A stretch of 64,000 nt of DNA from Phycisphaerales bacterium. Its GTDB lineage: Bacteria; Planctomycetota; Phycisphaerae; Phycisphaerales; UBA5793. This document shows, one piece after another, positions 11,583-19,716 of this stretch; position 1 is the first letter of the stretch, and each line of letters opens with the position of its first letter. A program made the translations under genes and the position numbers. The notes beneath the pieces were generated by a model, which was not told the origin of the DNA, made no database searches, and saw nothing but the letters and a program-made list of their open reading frames with translations. The stretch covers positions 23,220 to 87,219 of the forward strand of contig JAPKGW010000003.1 of NCBI GenBank assembly GCA_026647365.1, given 5' to 3'.

Positions 11583-12487
11583 CGGTTCGGGGACTCGGCC
11601 CGGAATACTCGGCCGGGCAGCGGGCGTCCGATCGCCCGTTGGATGATCTCACCGGCGCCGATGATTCGGCGCAGGTCGATGCCCGTCTCCATTCCCATGC
11701 GGTTCAGGCAGTAGACGACGTCTTCCGTGGCAAGGTTGCCCGAGGCGCCGGGCGCGAAGGGGCAGCCGCCCAGCCCGCCGCTCGACGCGTCGAAGGAGGT
11801 CACACCGATTTCGATGGCGCGCAGGAGACAAGCCAGGGCCGTGCCGCGAGTATCGTGAAGATGCAGCGTCGTCCGCGAAGGCTCAACCACGGCAGAAACC
11901 GCCTCGTAGAGACGGTCAATGTCGGTCGGCGCCGCGACACCGATCGTCTCGCCCAGGTCGATCTCATCCACGCCCAGATCGAGCAGGCGCTGCGCGACGT
12001 CGGCCACGGCCGAAGGTTGGATCGGCCCCTCGTAAGGGCAGGCAACCGCGCAGGAGATGTAGGCGCGGACGGCGATTGCGTGCGCCTTTGCCCTGGAGAG
12101 GACGGGGGCGAATCGATCGATCGACTCGGCGATGGTCGCGTTGATGTTGCGCCGGTTGAAAGTCTCGGACGCGGCAGTGAAGACGGCGATCTTCTCGACG
12201 CGGCACGCCAGGGCGCCTTCCAGCCCCTTGAGGTTCGGAACCAGCGCGCTGTAGACTACGCCGCGCGCACGTGTGAGCCCGGCGAAGACCTCGGACGCAT
12301 CACCCAACTGCGGCACCTGCCTGGCCGACACGAAGCTCGAGACCTCGATTTCGGGCACGCCGCTGAGGGAAAGCGCGTTGATGAAGGCGATCTTGTCCGC
12401 AGTCGGGACAGTCTGCCTCTCGTTCTGCAATCCGTCGCGCGGGCCGACCTCGGTGATGCTGATTCTGGACGGAACGGCTGGCGGCAT
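11579..12487 (-). CDS. hmgL: Hydroxymethylglutaryl-CoA lyase
   Basis: ISITEVGPRDGLQNE N-terminus and a DRE-TIM barrel pattern (HLHDTRGTALA, GGLGGCPFAPGASGNLATEDVVY). Confidence 0.9.
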   Translation of the reverse strand: MPPAVPSRISITEVGPRDGLQNERQTVPTADKIAFINALSLSGVPEIEVSSFVSARQVPQLGDASEVFAGLTRARGVVYSALVPNLKGLEGALACRVEKIAVFTAASETFNRRNINATIAESIDRFAPVLSRAKAHAIAVRAYISCAVACPYEGPIQPSAVADVAQRLLDLGVDEIDLGETIGVAAPTDIDRLYEAVSAVVEPSRTTLHLHDTRGTALACLLRAIEIGVTSFDASSGGLGGCPFAPGASGNLATEDVVYCLNRMGMETGIDLRRIIGAGEIIQRAIGRPLPGRVFRAESPNR

Positions 12488-12518
12488 CGTGCGGATGATA
12501 GTCGCATCGCCTCCGCGT

Positions 12519-13433
12519 TCAGGAAGTGGTCAAGGCGAACCGGCGATGAAGCAGGACGCAGCCGCCGAGCCAGAGAAGGATCCAGAACGCTGTGAAGCAC
12601 AGCAGAGCGACCGGCATCGGACCGCTGACGGAGGACATCCGGTTCTGTGTGACCGAGAAGTGATCCGCGACCGGGGCTCGACTGAGCAGGGAATGAAGAG
12701 CCGGCCCCGATCGCTGGCCGTCCGTTGCGGTGTGAATGAAGCCGCACAGTGCGCCGGCCGCCTTGCTGCGCACGGGTGACTCTTCGCGCGGCGCCGCGCT
12801 GTTCTCCTCGAGGAACTTGAGCATCGCCGCCTCATCGAGTTCAGTGAGCGGCCGTCGCTTCGGCTGCCTTTCCGTCCACCACTGTTCCGCATCAAAGTCA
12901 ACGCGAAGGACCGCTCCCGGCGGCGCGAGGAAGCGGCCTGTATGGAGGATCCGAAAGGCCAGGCGGTCGGCACGGTCTGCCGCCAGCGCTGCATCCGGCC
13001 CGCTGCCTTCGCCCAGGGGCCAGACGAGCCGGTCTGAGTTCGCGACCATCTCGATCACCTGCGCCGGAGGCGTCAGCAGGCCGAGGTTCCACACGTGCTC
13101 GCGCTGAGTGCGAGCGGGCACCACGGTTGACGTGAGCACTCTCGTGATCACCAGCGACGGGATCGGCAGCAGGAGCGACCAGAGGATGATCGCCAGCCAC
13201 GGTCCGAGCGGGCGGCGAATCGCGGGCGTGAGGATGCCCACGGCTCGCAGATCGGAGCCGCATTCGGGGCAATGGAGCGAGGTCAGACCTTCGACCGGAT
13301 AGCGGCAGGCGGCGCAGCAGGGGCGTGCGACATCCGGCATCTTGAGGGTCCGTCCTGTCAAGTAGGCCATGTAGACAAACGCGCTGATGACCAGCGCGGC
13401 GCCGAGGAGGACCAGGGGAATGGCAAGGCTCAT
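12519..13433 (-). CDS. Membrane protein with cytoplasmic zinc-ribbon motif (unknown function)
   Basis: Start set to ATG 13433 (MSLAIPLVLLGAALVISAFVY), which forms an ATGA overlap with the upstream stop. The order is TM helix, CCAACRYPVEGLTSLHCPECGSDL, a second TM helix, a ~170-aa soluble region, then a C-terminal TM helix. Confidence 0.6.
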   Translation of the reverse strand: MSLAIPLVLLGAALVISAFVYMAYLTGRTLKMPDVARPCCAACRYPVEGLTSLHCPECGSDLRAVGILTPAIRRPLGPWLAIILWSLLLPIPSLVITRVLTSTVVPARTQREHVWNLGLLTPPAQVIEMVANSDRLVWPLGEGSGPDAALAADRADRLAFRILHTGRFLAPPGAVLRVDFDAEQWWTERQPKRRPLTELDEAAMLKFLEENSAAPREESPVRSKAAGALCGFIHTATDGQRSGPALHSLLSRAPVADHFSVTQNRMSSVSGPMPVALLCFTAFWILLWLGGCVLLHRRFALTTS

Positions 13434-13963
13434 GGATCGCCTGGACTTTCGGATCGGGGCCTGGGAAAGTGTAGAAGAGTTGGCGCCCCGCATTCCGGGC
13501 ACACATCCGGAGAGTGGCCGCTGAGGGTGTAGCCGCAGTGACTGCACACATCAGGTCGCATCAGGAGGTCACTCGGCAGGAGGGCGGTGAGCAGCAGCGC
13601 CAGAATCGGGACAAGCAGGCCGAGCGTGACGACCGACCAGATCAGCGCGCCGGAAGAAGCGACGGCCGCGGCTGCGGCGAGGGCTGCGACGTAGATGATG
13701 GGAAGCGCCAGGACCTGCTTCTTCCGCGCGATCGTCATGCACAGGACCGGCGCGTGTGCGAGTCCGAGGATCGCTCCGACCGGGACGGCGAGGAGGGAGG
13801 CGACCCACAGGTCGGTCGGACCGCCGCGAAGCACGATCGCCGCCGCGAGCGACAATGCCAGGCACGCGATCGCGCCGCACGGCGCGATGATCACCAGCCG
13901 CCGGCGCCGGCGATCCAGTTCGTGTTGAGCCGACACATCGTCGATTGTTTCGATCTGGTTCAC
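13430..13963 (-). CDS. Polytopic membrane protein with C-terminal zinc-ribbon motif (unknown function)
   Basis: Start set to GTG 13963, 1 nt after the NDH-2 stop. The track start 14101 would overlap NDH-2 by 137 nt. Four hydrophobic helices are followed by CSHCGYTLSGHSPDVCPECGAP. Confidence 0.6.
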   Translation of the reverse strand: MNQIETIDDVSAQHELDRRRRRLVIIAPCGAIACLALSLAAAIVLRGGPTDLWVASLLAVPVGAILGLAHAPVLCMTIARKKQVLALPIIYVAALAAAAAVASSGALIWSVVTLGLLVPILALLLTALLPSDLLMRPDVCSHCGYTLSGHSPDVCPECGAPTLLHFPRPRSESPGDP

Positions 13964-13964
13964 G

Positions 13965-15629
13965 TCAGTCTCCCGCGCGACCGGTGGCGGGCGGGGATGG
14001 AGTGTCGCGTTCCGGCGCCGGGCGGTCGCCGCGTTGACGCGCGGTCTGCTCGAACTGCGTTCGCAGGACATCGAGATTGGCGATGAGGGAGGTGAATTCA
14101 CCCTTCTGGATGCTCAGCACGTCCATCGCCTCGATGCAGCGGACGGTGGCGTTGCGCGGCGCACGGTTGAGCAGGGCCATCTCGCCGAAGTACTGTCCCG
14201 CGCCCAGATGCGCCACGGTCTGCGCCTCGGCGGAGCCGTCGATGAGCCGCTCTACGGCGGCCCGTCCTCGAATGACGATGTACACGCGGTCGCCGAGATC
14301 GCCCTGCTCGAAGACGGGCTGGCCCGGCTCGAAGTGCTCATGGTTGATCCCGCTGCTGCGCCCGAGGCGCAGCTGCACGATGTCGGGGGGCAGGACGAGA
14401 TCGACGATCCACGAGAGGCCGACGCGCAACTTCGCCGCCGCACCTGGAAGTTTGCTCCAGTAGACTGTGCGCCAGAGGAACCAGGCGGGCAGACCGGCCA
14501 GTTTCAGCCCCATCACCTGCGCCACGCCCTTGCGATGGCCCAGGGCGCAGAGCGAGCCGAGGCCCCTGAACGTGAAGGGCGTCAGCGGTCTTCCCTCATC
14601 GGAGGCGAGGATGTTGGAAGCGGCAACGCGCGCCTCGCGTATGGCATGCTGGGCCGTCGGCGGAGCGAACGCCGATTCATCAGGGCACTTGGCGTGCGGA
14701 AGCGGAACGAGGGCGCAATCGCCCAGCGCCCACACGTTCGTCGAGCCCTGGGCGCGCAGAAATGCGTCCACGACAATGCGCCCGCGGATCCTGGAAAGTG
14801 CCAGCGACTCGCAGACCGGGTTCGGATGGCTGGGGACGGTGGCCACGAGCGTGGCGGTGGGCAGGCGCGTGCCGTCCGAGAGCAAGGCATGATTGGCCGT
14901 GGCCGCCTGAAGCCGCGCATTGAGCATGATCTCGATCCCGCGCCGCCTGAGCAGGCGCTGCGCGTAGAGCGCGAGCGACTCATCGACCTCGGGCAGGATG
15001 CGCTCGCGCGAATGCAGAAGGATGAAGCGGCGCTTCTCGCGGCGGAGGCGCGGGTAACTCCGCGCCGCGCGCCGGACGAAGTCGTGCAGTTCGGCGATCA
15101 CCTCGACGCCGGAGAACCCGCCGCCGGCCACGACAAACGTGAGCAGGCGGGCGCGCAGGCCGATGTCGCGCTCGGATTCCGCCTCCTCGAGCACGTGGAT
15201 GACATGGTTGCGCAGTACGAGGGCGTCGCCGTGCGTCTTGAGGGGCATGGCGTGCTCAGCCAGCCCGGTCATGCCGCGGAAGTCCGTCACGTTGCCCAGC
15301 GCCACGACGAGGTGGTCGAAGGGCAGGACGAGGTGGCGCGGCTGAAAGCCCGGCGAGCAGATCACCTCCCGCCGCTCAAGGTCCACACTCTCCACGTCGC
15401 GCATGTGCAGTTGGGCGCCGGGGACGAAGCGGCGAATGGGAATCGTCGTGTCGGCGATTCCGATGCTCCCGCTGATGACTTCGGGCAGCATCGGCTGGAA
15501 GACGAGGTAGTTCTCACGGTTGACAAGGTGGACGTCGATGCGATCGCGGCCGCGACGGAGCAGTTCGCGCGCGGTGTAGACGCCCGCGAATCCGCCGCCG
15601 AGGATGACAATGCGCCTGCGATCACTCAT
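13965..15629 (-). CDS. Type II NADH dehydrogenase-like flavoprotein fused to a C-terminal cyclic-nucleotide-binding domain
   Basis: Two Rossmann motifs (IVILGGGFAGVYTAREL and FVVAGGGFSGVEV) and ALGDCA. The C-terminal ~130 aa form a CNB domain with phosphate-binding cassette GQYFGEMALLNRAPRNATV. Confidence 0.9.
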   Translation of the reverse strand: MSDRRRIVILGGGFAGVYTARELLRRGRDRIDVHLVNRENYLVFQPMLPEVISGSIGIADTTIPIRRFVPGAQLHMRDVESVDLERREVICSPGFQPRHLVLPFDHLVVALGNVTDFRGMTGLAEHAMPLKTHGDALVLRNHVIHVLEEAESERDIGLRARLLTFVVAGGGFSGVEVIAELHDFVRRAARSYPRLRREKRRFILLHSRERILPEVDESLALYAQRLLRRRGIEIMLNARLQAATANHALLSDGTRLPTATLVATVPSHPNPVCESLALSRIRGRIVVDAFLRAQGSTNVWALGDCALVPLPHAKCPDESAFAPPTAQHAIREARVAASNILASDEGRPLTPFTFRGLGSLCALGHRKGVAQVMGLKLAGLPAWFLWRTVYWSKLPGAAAKLRVGLSWIVDLVLPPDIVQLRLGRSSGINHEHFEPGQPVFEQGDLGDRVYIVIRGRAAVERLIDGSAEAQTVAHLGAGQYFGEMALLNRAPRNATVRCIEAMDVLSIQKGEFTSLIANLDVLRTQFEQTARQRGDRPAPERDTPSPPATGRAGD

Positions 15630-15671
15630 GTGCGGTGCGTGGCCGGTGTGCGCGAGCCGGGGCGAGGAAGA

Positions 15672-16883
15672 TCACCGGAGGCATTCGACCATGGCGCGGA
15701 TGGCGGCGGACCATTCGTCGCCGTCGCCCCCGGCCGCGGCGGTCTCGTAGGCGGTCCAGAACGCCTCGGGTGCTTCCGCGCCTGCGGCCTTGAATGACGC
15801 GTCACACAGGGCCGTCACGCCGAAGGCAATGTTCTTGCGCTGTATTCTGCCAACGGCCTTGGGGGCGAGCGCGGCGACGTCGGCCGCGGCCGCCTTGCAC
15901 GCCTCGGCCGACCATGTTCCCTTGAGCAGCCCTTCGGGGGTGTCGGCGCCGAAGTGCTTTCTTGCAATCGCCGCGCCCTCGCCGTACATCTGCGCCAGGG
16001 CTTCGGCGACGGCGGTGTCCCACGTCTTTGCCTTCCACGCCTGGACCTGCGCCTTGGCCGCGGCCCACGACGCCGCCTGGCCCATCGCCCACAACTTCGC
16101 GCCGATCCACGGCACCTTCGAGTCGTCCCAGTGCGTCTCGTAGTCGCCGTTGTTGTAGAGGTAGTAGAAGTTGTAGGAGTACATCTCGAACTGGAGCGGC
16201 GGATGACCTGCGTCAAGCAGGTCCTTGTCGATCTGAAGGTGACACGAGACGCACATCGACGCGCGCAGCGACAGGTCCGTCGTGTCGATCAGCCCGTGCG
16301 TTGTGCGCAGGCCCGCCGTGCCGTGCTTGCCGCGCTCCTGGGCGGTCCATCCGGCGGCGGCGTGGGGATCGAGGTACTTCTCTCCGGGCCCGTGGCAGGA
16401 TTCGCAACCCACGGCGTTGTCAGCGACGACGAAGTTCGCGTCGCGTTGCGCCGGCGGGGCGTTGGTCGCGTGGCAGGAGATGCAGCGCTCCGAGGCCGAG
16501 GCGCTTTCGATGCTCATCTTCGCCGCGATCGCCCTGGACGTGTCGGAGAAGAGCGAACCGAAGGCCTCGCGGTGGGGATCGCGCGTGCTCCAGAGATTGT
16601 ACTCGTCGCCGATCAACTGGCCGGACTGCATCGTGGCCTGCTCCGCGCTGTGACAGCCGCCGCCCGAACAGCGCGGGTTGCCGAGATACCGGAATCCGGG
16701 CACGATCAGGGGATCCCCGGCTTGCGCCGCGGCCACGGCGCAAGCGACCGTCTCGACGTGGGGCCGAAGGGCGCACGCGGTCGTTCCTTGCAACCCGCTG
16801 CTCCATGCCGCAGCGAACGAGCCGGCGAGCAGCAGTGAAGGTGGGAGCAGTGCGGGCGCCAGCGAGCGAAGGCTGCGGGACAT
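15672..16883 (-). CDS. Secreted multiheme cytochrome c with an Ala-rich helical C-terminal domain
   Basis: Start set to ATG 16883 (MSRSLRSLAPALLPPSLLLAGSFAAAW signal-like), preceded by GGAGG. Heme motifs are CISCH, CESCH and CVSCH, plus CSGGGCH (CX4CH). Confidence 0.85.
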   Translation of the reverse strand: MSRSLRSLAPALLPPSLLLAGSFAAAWSSGLQGTTACALRPHVETVACAVAAAQAGDPLIVPGFRYLGNPRCSGGGCHSAEQATMQSGQLIGDEYNLWSTRDPHREAFGSLFSDTSRAIAAKMSIESASASERCISCHATNAPPAQRDANFVVADNAVGCESCHGPGEKYLDPHAAAGWTAQERGKHGTAGLRTTHGLIDTTDLSLRASMCVSCHLQIDKDLLDAGHPPLQFEMYSYNFYYLYNNGDYETHWDDSKVPWIGAKLWAMGQAASWAAAKAQVQAWKAKTWDTAVAEALAQMYGEGAAIARKHFGADTPEGLLKGTWSAEACKAAAADVAALAPKAVGRIQRKNIAFGVTALCDASFKAAGAEAPEAFWTAYETAAAGGDGDEWSAAIRAMVECLR

Positions 16884-17086
16884 TGGTGTGGGCCTCCATC
16901 CGGAGGGGTGTGAGTCTCTGTGCCAGTCCGGGCCGGCCACAACAGGATACGGCCCCAACGCGGGTCAAGCCTGTTCAACGCGCCAGCCGATTAGACTTAC
17001 CAGTCCCCGGCGCGGTCTTCTCCCGAACCCCGCCCCTTGTCCCCCGCCCGTCGCAACGGCGCCGCCTCACACAGGAGCATGTCGGC

Positions 17087-18691
17087 ATGGCCAGGCGGAT
17101 GCCCACCGTGAGACTCACCGGCGCAAGCGCCGCGGCGATGACTGCGGCCGACCTGGCACACATCGACATCTTCCGCGATCTCGACCGCAAAGTGATCGAG
17201 AGGTTTCCGGGCGCTGTGGTGCGGCGCGAGTTTGAGGCGGGTGAGGTCATCTGCCGCGAGGGTGAAGGCGGCACGACGGCGTTTTACATCGTCGAAGGCT
17301 CGGTGCAGGTCTTCATTGCGCGCCCGTGCGGTTCGAGCGCAGCCCGGCCCCACGGCTCGTGGCGCGCGATGATCGGGCGCCTGCTGGGACAGAAGTCCGT
17401 ATCGCCTCCCGTGCACGCGCACGACGATCTCATCCCCATCGACGCCAACGTGGACCTGACCTGGGGCCAGCCGCGCGCCGCGCTCGGCGCCGGCGAAGTT
17501 TTCGGCGAGATGAGTTGCCTCAATCTCGCGCCCCGGTCCGCGACGGTCGTCGCCGAGTCCGACTGCACGATGCTGGAAATCCTGCGCAACGTGTACGAGC
17601 ATCTCCAGAAGGCCCCGACCTTCCGCGAGCGGATGGACGCCAACTACCGCGCTCGCGCCCTTCAGGGCCATCTTCGCAATGTGCCGGTTTTTCGCGACCT
17701 GCCCGATCACGTGCTCAAGGGGCTCGACGAGCGCGCCCAACTGCTGGCCCTGGACGCGGGAACGACCATCTTCAGCCAGGGTGATGAAGCGGACGGCCTG
17801 TACATCATCCGCCTCGGACAGGTGCGCGTGAGCCAGGCGTTCGCGGGCGGCGAGAGAACACTGGCGTACCTGACTCGCGGCGACTTCTTCGGCGAGACGG
17901 GGCTGCTGCGCCACACGAAGCGCAATGCGACCTGCCGGGCCGTCGATCATCCGATCGTCGAAGGAGGCCGCCGGCGCCGGCCCGGTCGCGTCGAACTTGT
18001 GAAAATCCTCGCGGAAGACTTCGAGCCGGTGATGAAGGAGTTCCCGCGCATCAGGGGCCGCCTCGAAGCCATCGTCGGCGCGCGCAACCGCCAGGCCAGC
18101 GAGGCGAGAACCTCGATCACCGTTTCAGCGCCGAGCCGGCGCGTCGAGGACCTCGGCCTGCTCCAGGGTCAGAACCTCATGCTCATCGATCTCGAGCGCT
18201 GCACGCGCTGCGATCAGTGCGTGGACGCGTGCGTGTCGGCGCACGAGGATGGCATCAGCCGCCTCTTCCGCACCGGGCCTCGCTACGACAAGTACCTCGT
18301 GCCGTCGAGTTGCCGCATGTGCCTCGACCCCGTGTGCATGATCGGCTGCCCGGTCGGTTCGATCCGGCGGAGCGAAGACCTGAGCATCATCATCGAGGAC
18401 TGGTGCGTGGGATGCGGCATCTGCGCCAAGCAGTGCCCGTACGAGTCGATCGTCATGCACGAACTCGAGGAGTTCGGCCAGGAAGTGAGCGAGAGGCTGC
18501 GCCGCGTGGCGGAGAGCGGCGAGGTCGTGGCCGTCACCCAGCGCGCCGCCGTGTGCGATCAGTGCGAGAGCCTGCCGACGGGCCCGGCGTGCGTCTACGC
18601 CTGTCCGCATGACGCGGCTGCGCGCGTCAATGCCGCGGAGTTCCTCAGTGCCGGCGGGCTGTTTCAGACGGCGGCACGGGAAGGGGGGTAG
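17087..18691 (+). CDS. Two cyclic-nucleotide-binding domains fused to a four-cluster [4Fe-4S] ferredoxin (DmsB/NrfC-like)
   Basis: The real start is ATG 17087, 10 nt after AGGAG. The 375 codons upstream in the track ORF are antisense to the cytochrome gene. CNB cassettes are FGEMSCLNLAPRSATV and FGETGLLRHTKRNATC. Cys motifs are CTRCDQCVDAC, CRMCLDPVCMIGCP, CVGCGICAKQCP and CDQCESLPTGPACVYACP. Confidence 0.9.
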   Translation: MARRMPTVRLTGASAAAMTAADLAHIDIFRDLDRKVIERFPGAVVRREFEAGEVICREGEGGTTAFYIVEGSVQVFIARPCGSSAARPHGSWRAMIGRLLGQKSVSPPVHAHDDLIPIDANVDLTWGQPRAALGAGEVFGEMSCLNLAPRSATVVAESDCTMLEILRNVYEHLQKAPTFRERMDANYRARALQGHLRNVPVFRDLPDHVLKGLDERAQLLALDAGTTIFSQGDEADGLYIIRLGQVRVSQAFAGGERTLAYLTRGDFFGETGLLRHTKRNATCRAVDHPIVEGGRRRRPGRVELVKILAEDFEPVMKEFPRIRGRLEAIVGARNRQASEARTSITVSAPSRRVEDLGLLQGQNLMLIDLERCTRCDQCVDACVSAHEDGISRLFRTGPRYDKYLVPSSCRMCLDPVCMIGCPVGSIRRSEDLSIIIEDWCVGCGICAKQCPYESIVMHELEEFGQEVSERLRRVAESGEVVAVTQRAAVCDQCESLPTGPACVYACPHDAAARVNAAEFLSAGGLFQTAAREGG

Positions 18692-18815
18692 GGGCATGAG
18701 GCCGCAAGGAATCAATCCACCGTGGAATCGGGGAGCCGTGGCACGGGAAGACAACCGATCAGGCGCTGCATGCGAGAACGTCCGCGTCTTCGTCGAAGCG
18801 CACAGCATGAACTGA

Positions 18816-19688
18816 ATGATCATCGATCGATCGCACATCTCGTGGGGGGTCGGGACGACGATGGCGGCGGCTGGAGCCATCTGGTGGTACCTCGCCGATG
18901 CGCCGCGGCACCTCAACGGGCCTTCAGGCTCGACGGTCGTCGGCCTCACGCTCGGGTCCATCGCCTTCGGGATCATGCTCTTCTGCGCCGCCCTTTCGGT
19001 CAAGCGCAAAGCGCCGCACTGGCGCGTGGGGCGCGCCTCGACGTGGCTTCGCGGCCACATCTGGCTCGGTCTTCTCACCTGCGTGCTTGTGGGGCTGCAC
19101 GCGGCCTTTCGACTCGGCGGACCGGCCGCCATTTTGCTGTGGACGCTCCTCGGCCTCGTGACCATCAGCGGATTGCTCGGGCTGCTTCTCCAGCAGTTCG
19201 TCCCGCGCCTGCTTCTGCACAGTGTGCCCGGCGAGACCATTGCCGCGCAGGTGAATCGGCGCCTGAGCGACCTGGGCGCTCTCGCCGAGAAGATTGTCAT
19301 CCAGTATGCGGGGGCGCTCGATGCGGCCGCTCCGCCGTGGGAAGGCGCGGCCGTCGCGGGGGGTCGTCCTCCGGCGGGAGGCGAGCCGATCCGCAGGTTC
19401 TTTCTGGACCACCTGCGCGGCTATCTGGCCGGTGCGGCCTCGCCGGACCTGGCCGATCCCCATAGAGCGGAGAACCTCTTCAGCGCCCTGCGCACCATGA
19501 CCCCGCCGCATGCCCATGCCGCCATTGACGAGTTGACCGGCCTGTACCACCTGCGGCGCGACCTTCTGCGGCAGAGGCGCCTGATGCGCGTGCTCTTCCT
19601 CTGGCTCATCATTCACGTGCCCCTGAGTTGGGGCCTGCTCATTCTGGTCATCGCACATGCGGTTGCGGCCCTGCGCTTCTGGACGTGA
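18816..19688 (+). CDS. Five-TM membrane protein, candidate di-heme cytochrome b
   Basis: Hydrophobic helices lie at about residues 12-27, 41-62, 81-98, 103-127 and 258-286. His81/His95 (GHIWLGLLTCVLVGLH) and His267/His281 (IIHVPLSWGLLILVIAH) each have 13 intervening residues. ATG follows directly after an in-frame TGA. Confidence 0.7.
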   Translation: MIIDRSHISWGVGTTMAAAGAIWWYLADAPRHLNGPSGSTVVGLTLGSIAFGIMLFCAALSVKRKAPHWRVGRASTWLRGHIWLGLLTCVLVGLHAAFRLGGPAAILLWTLLGLVTISGLLGLLLQQFVPRLLLHSVPGETIAAQVNRRLSDLGALAEKIVIQYAGALDAAAPPWEGAAVAGGRPPAGGEPIRRFFLDHLRGYLAGAASPDLADPHRAENLFSALRTMTPPHAHAAIDELTGLYHLRRDLLRQRRLMRVLFLWLIIHVPLSWGLLILVIAHAVAALRFWT

Positions 19689-19716
19689 AGGGGCCTGACG
19701 CCGGCCGGATCAAATC

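Noticed and set aside
14034-15797. 587-aa plus-strand ORF
   Set aside because: It is antisense to the well-supported NDH-2::CNB gene. The composition is Arg/Ala/Gly-rich with no motifs, a typical high-GC shadow ORF.
16909-16924. CRP/FNR-type operator in the divergent cytochrome/CNB-ferredoxin control region
   Set aside because: TGTGA-gtctct-GTGCC matches only the left half-site. The right half is not TCACA, so there is no palindrome.
15962-17086. N-terminal 375 codons of the 909-aa ORF, with similar 5' extensions at 39535-40782, 25756-26118, 48334-48714 and 37540-37737
   Set aside because: The extensions overlap convincing genes on the other strand or upstream genes. Internal starts with good RBS and signal-peptide or domain boundaries fit much better.
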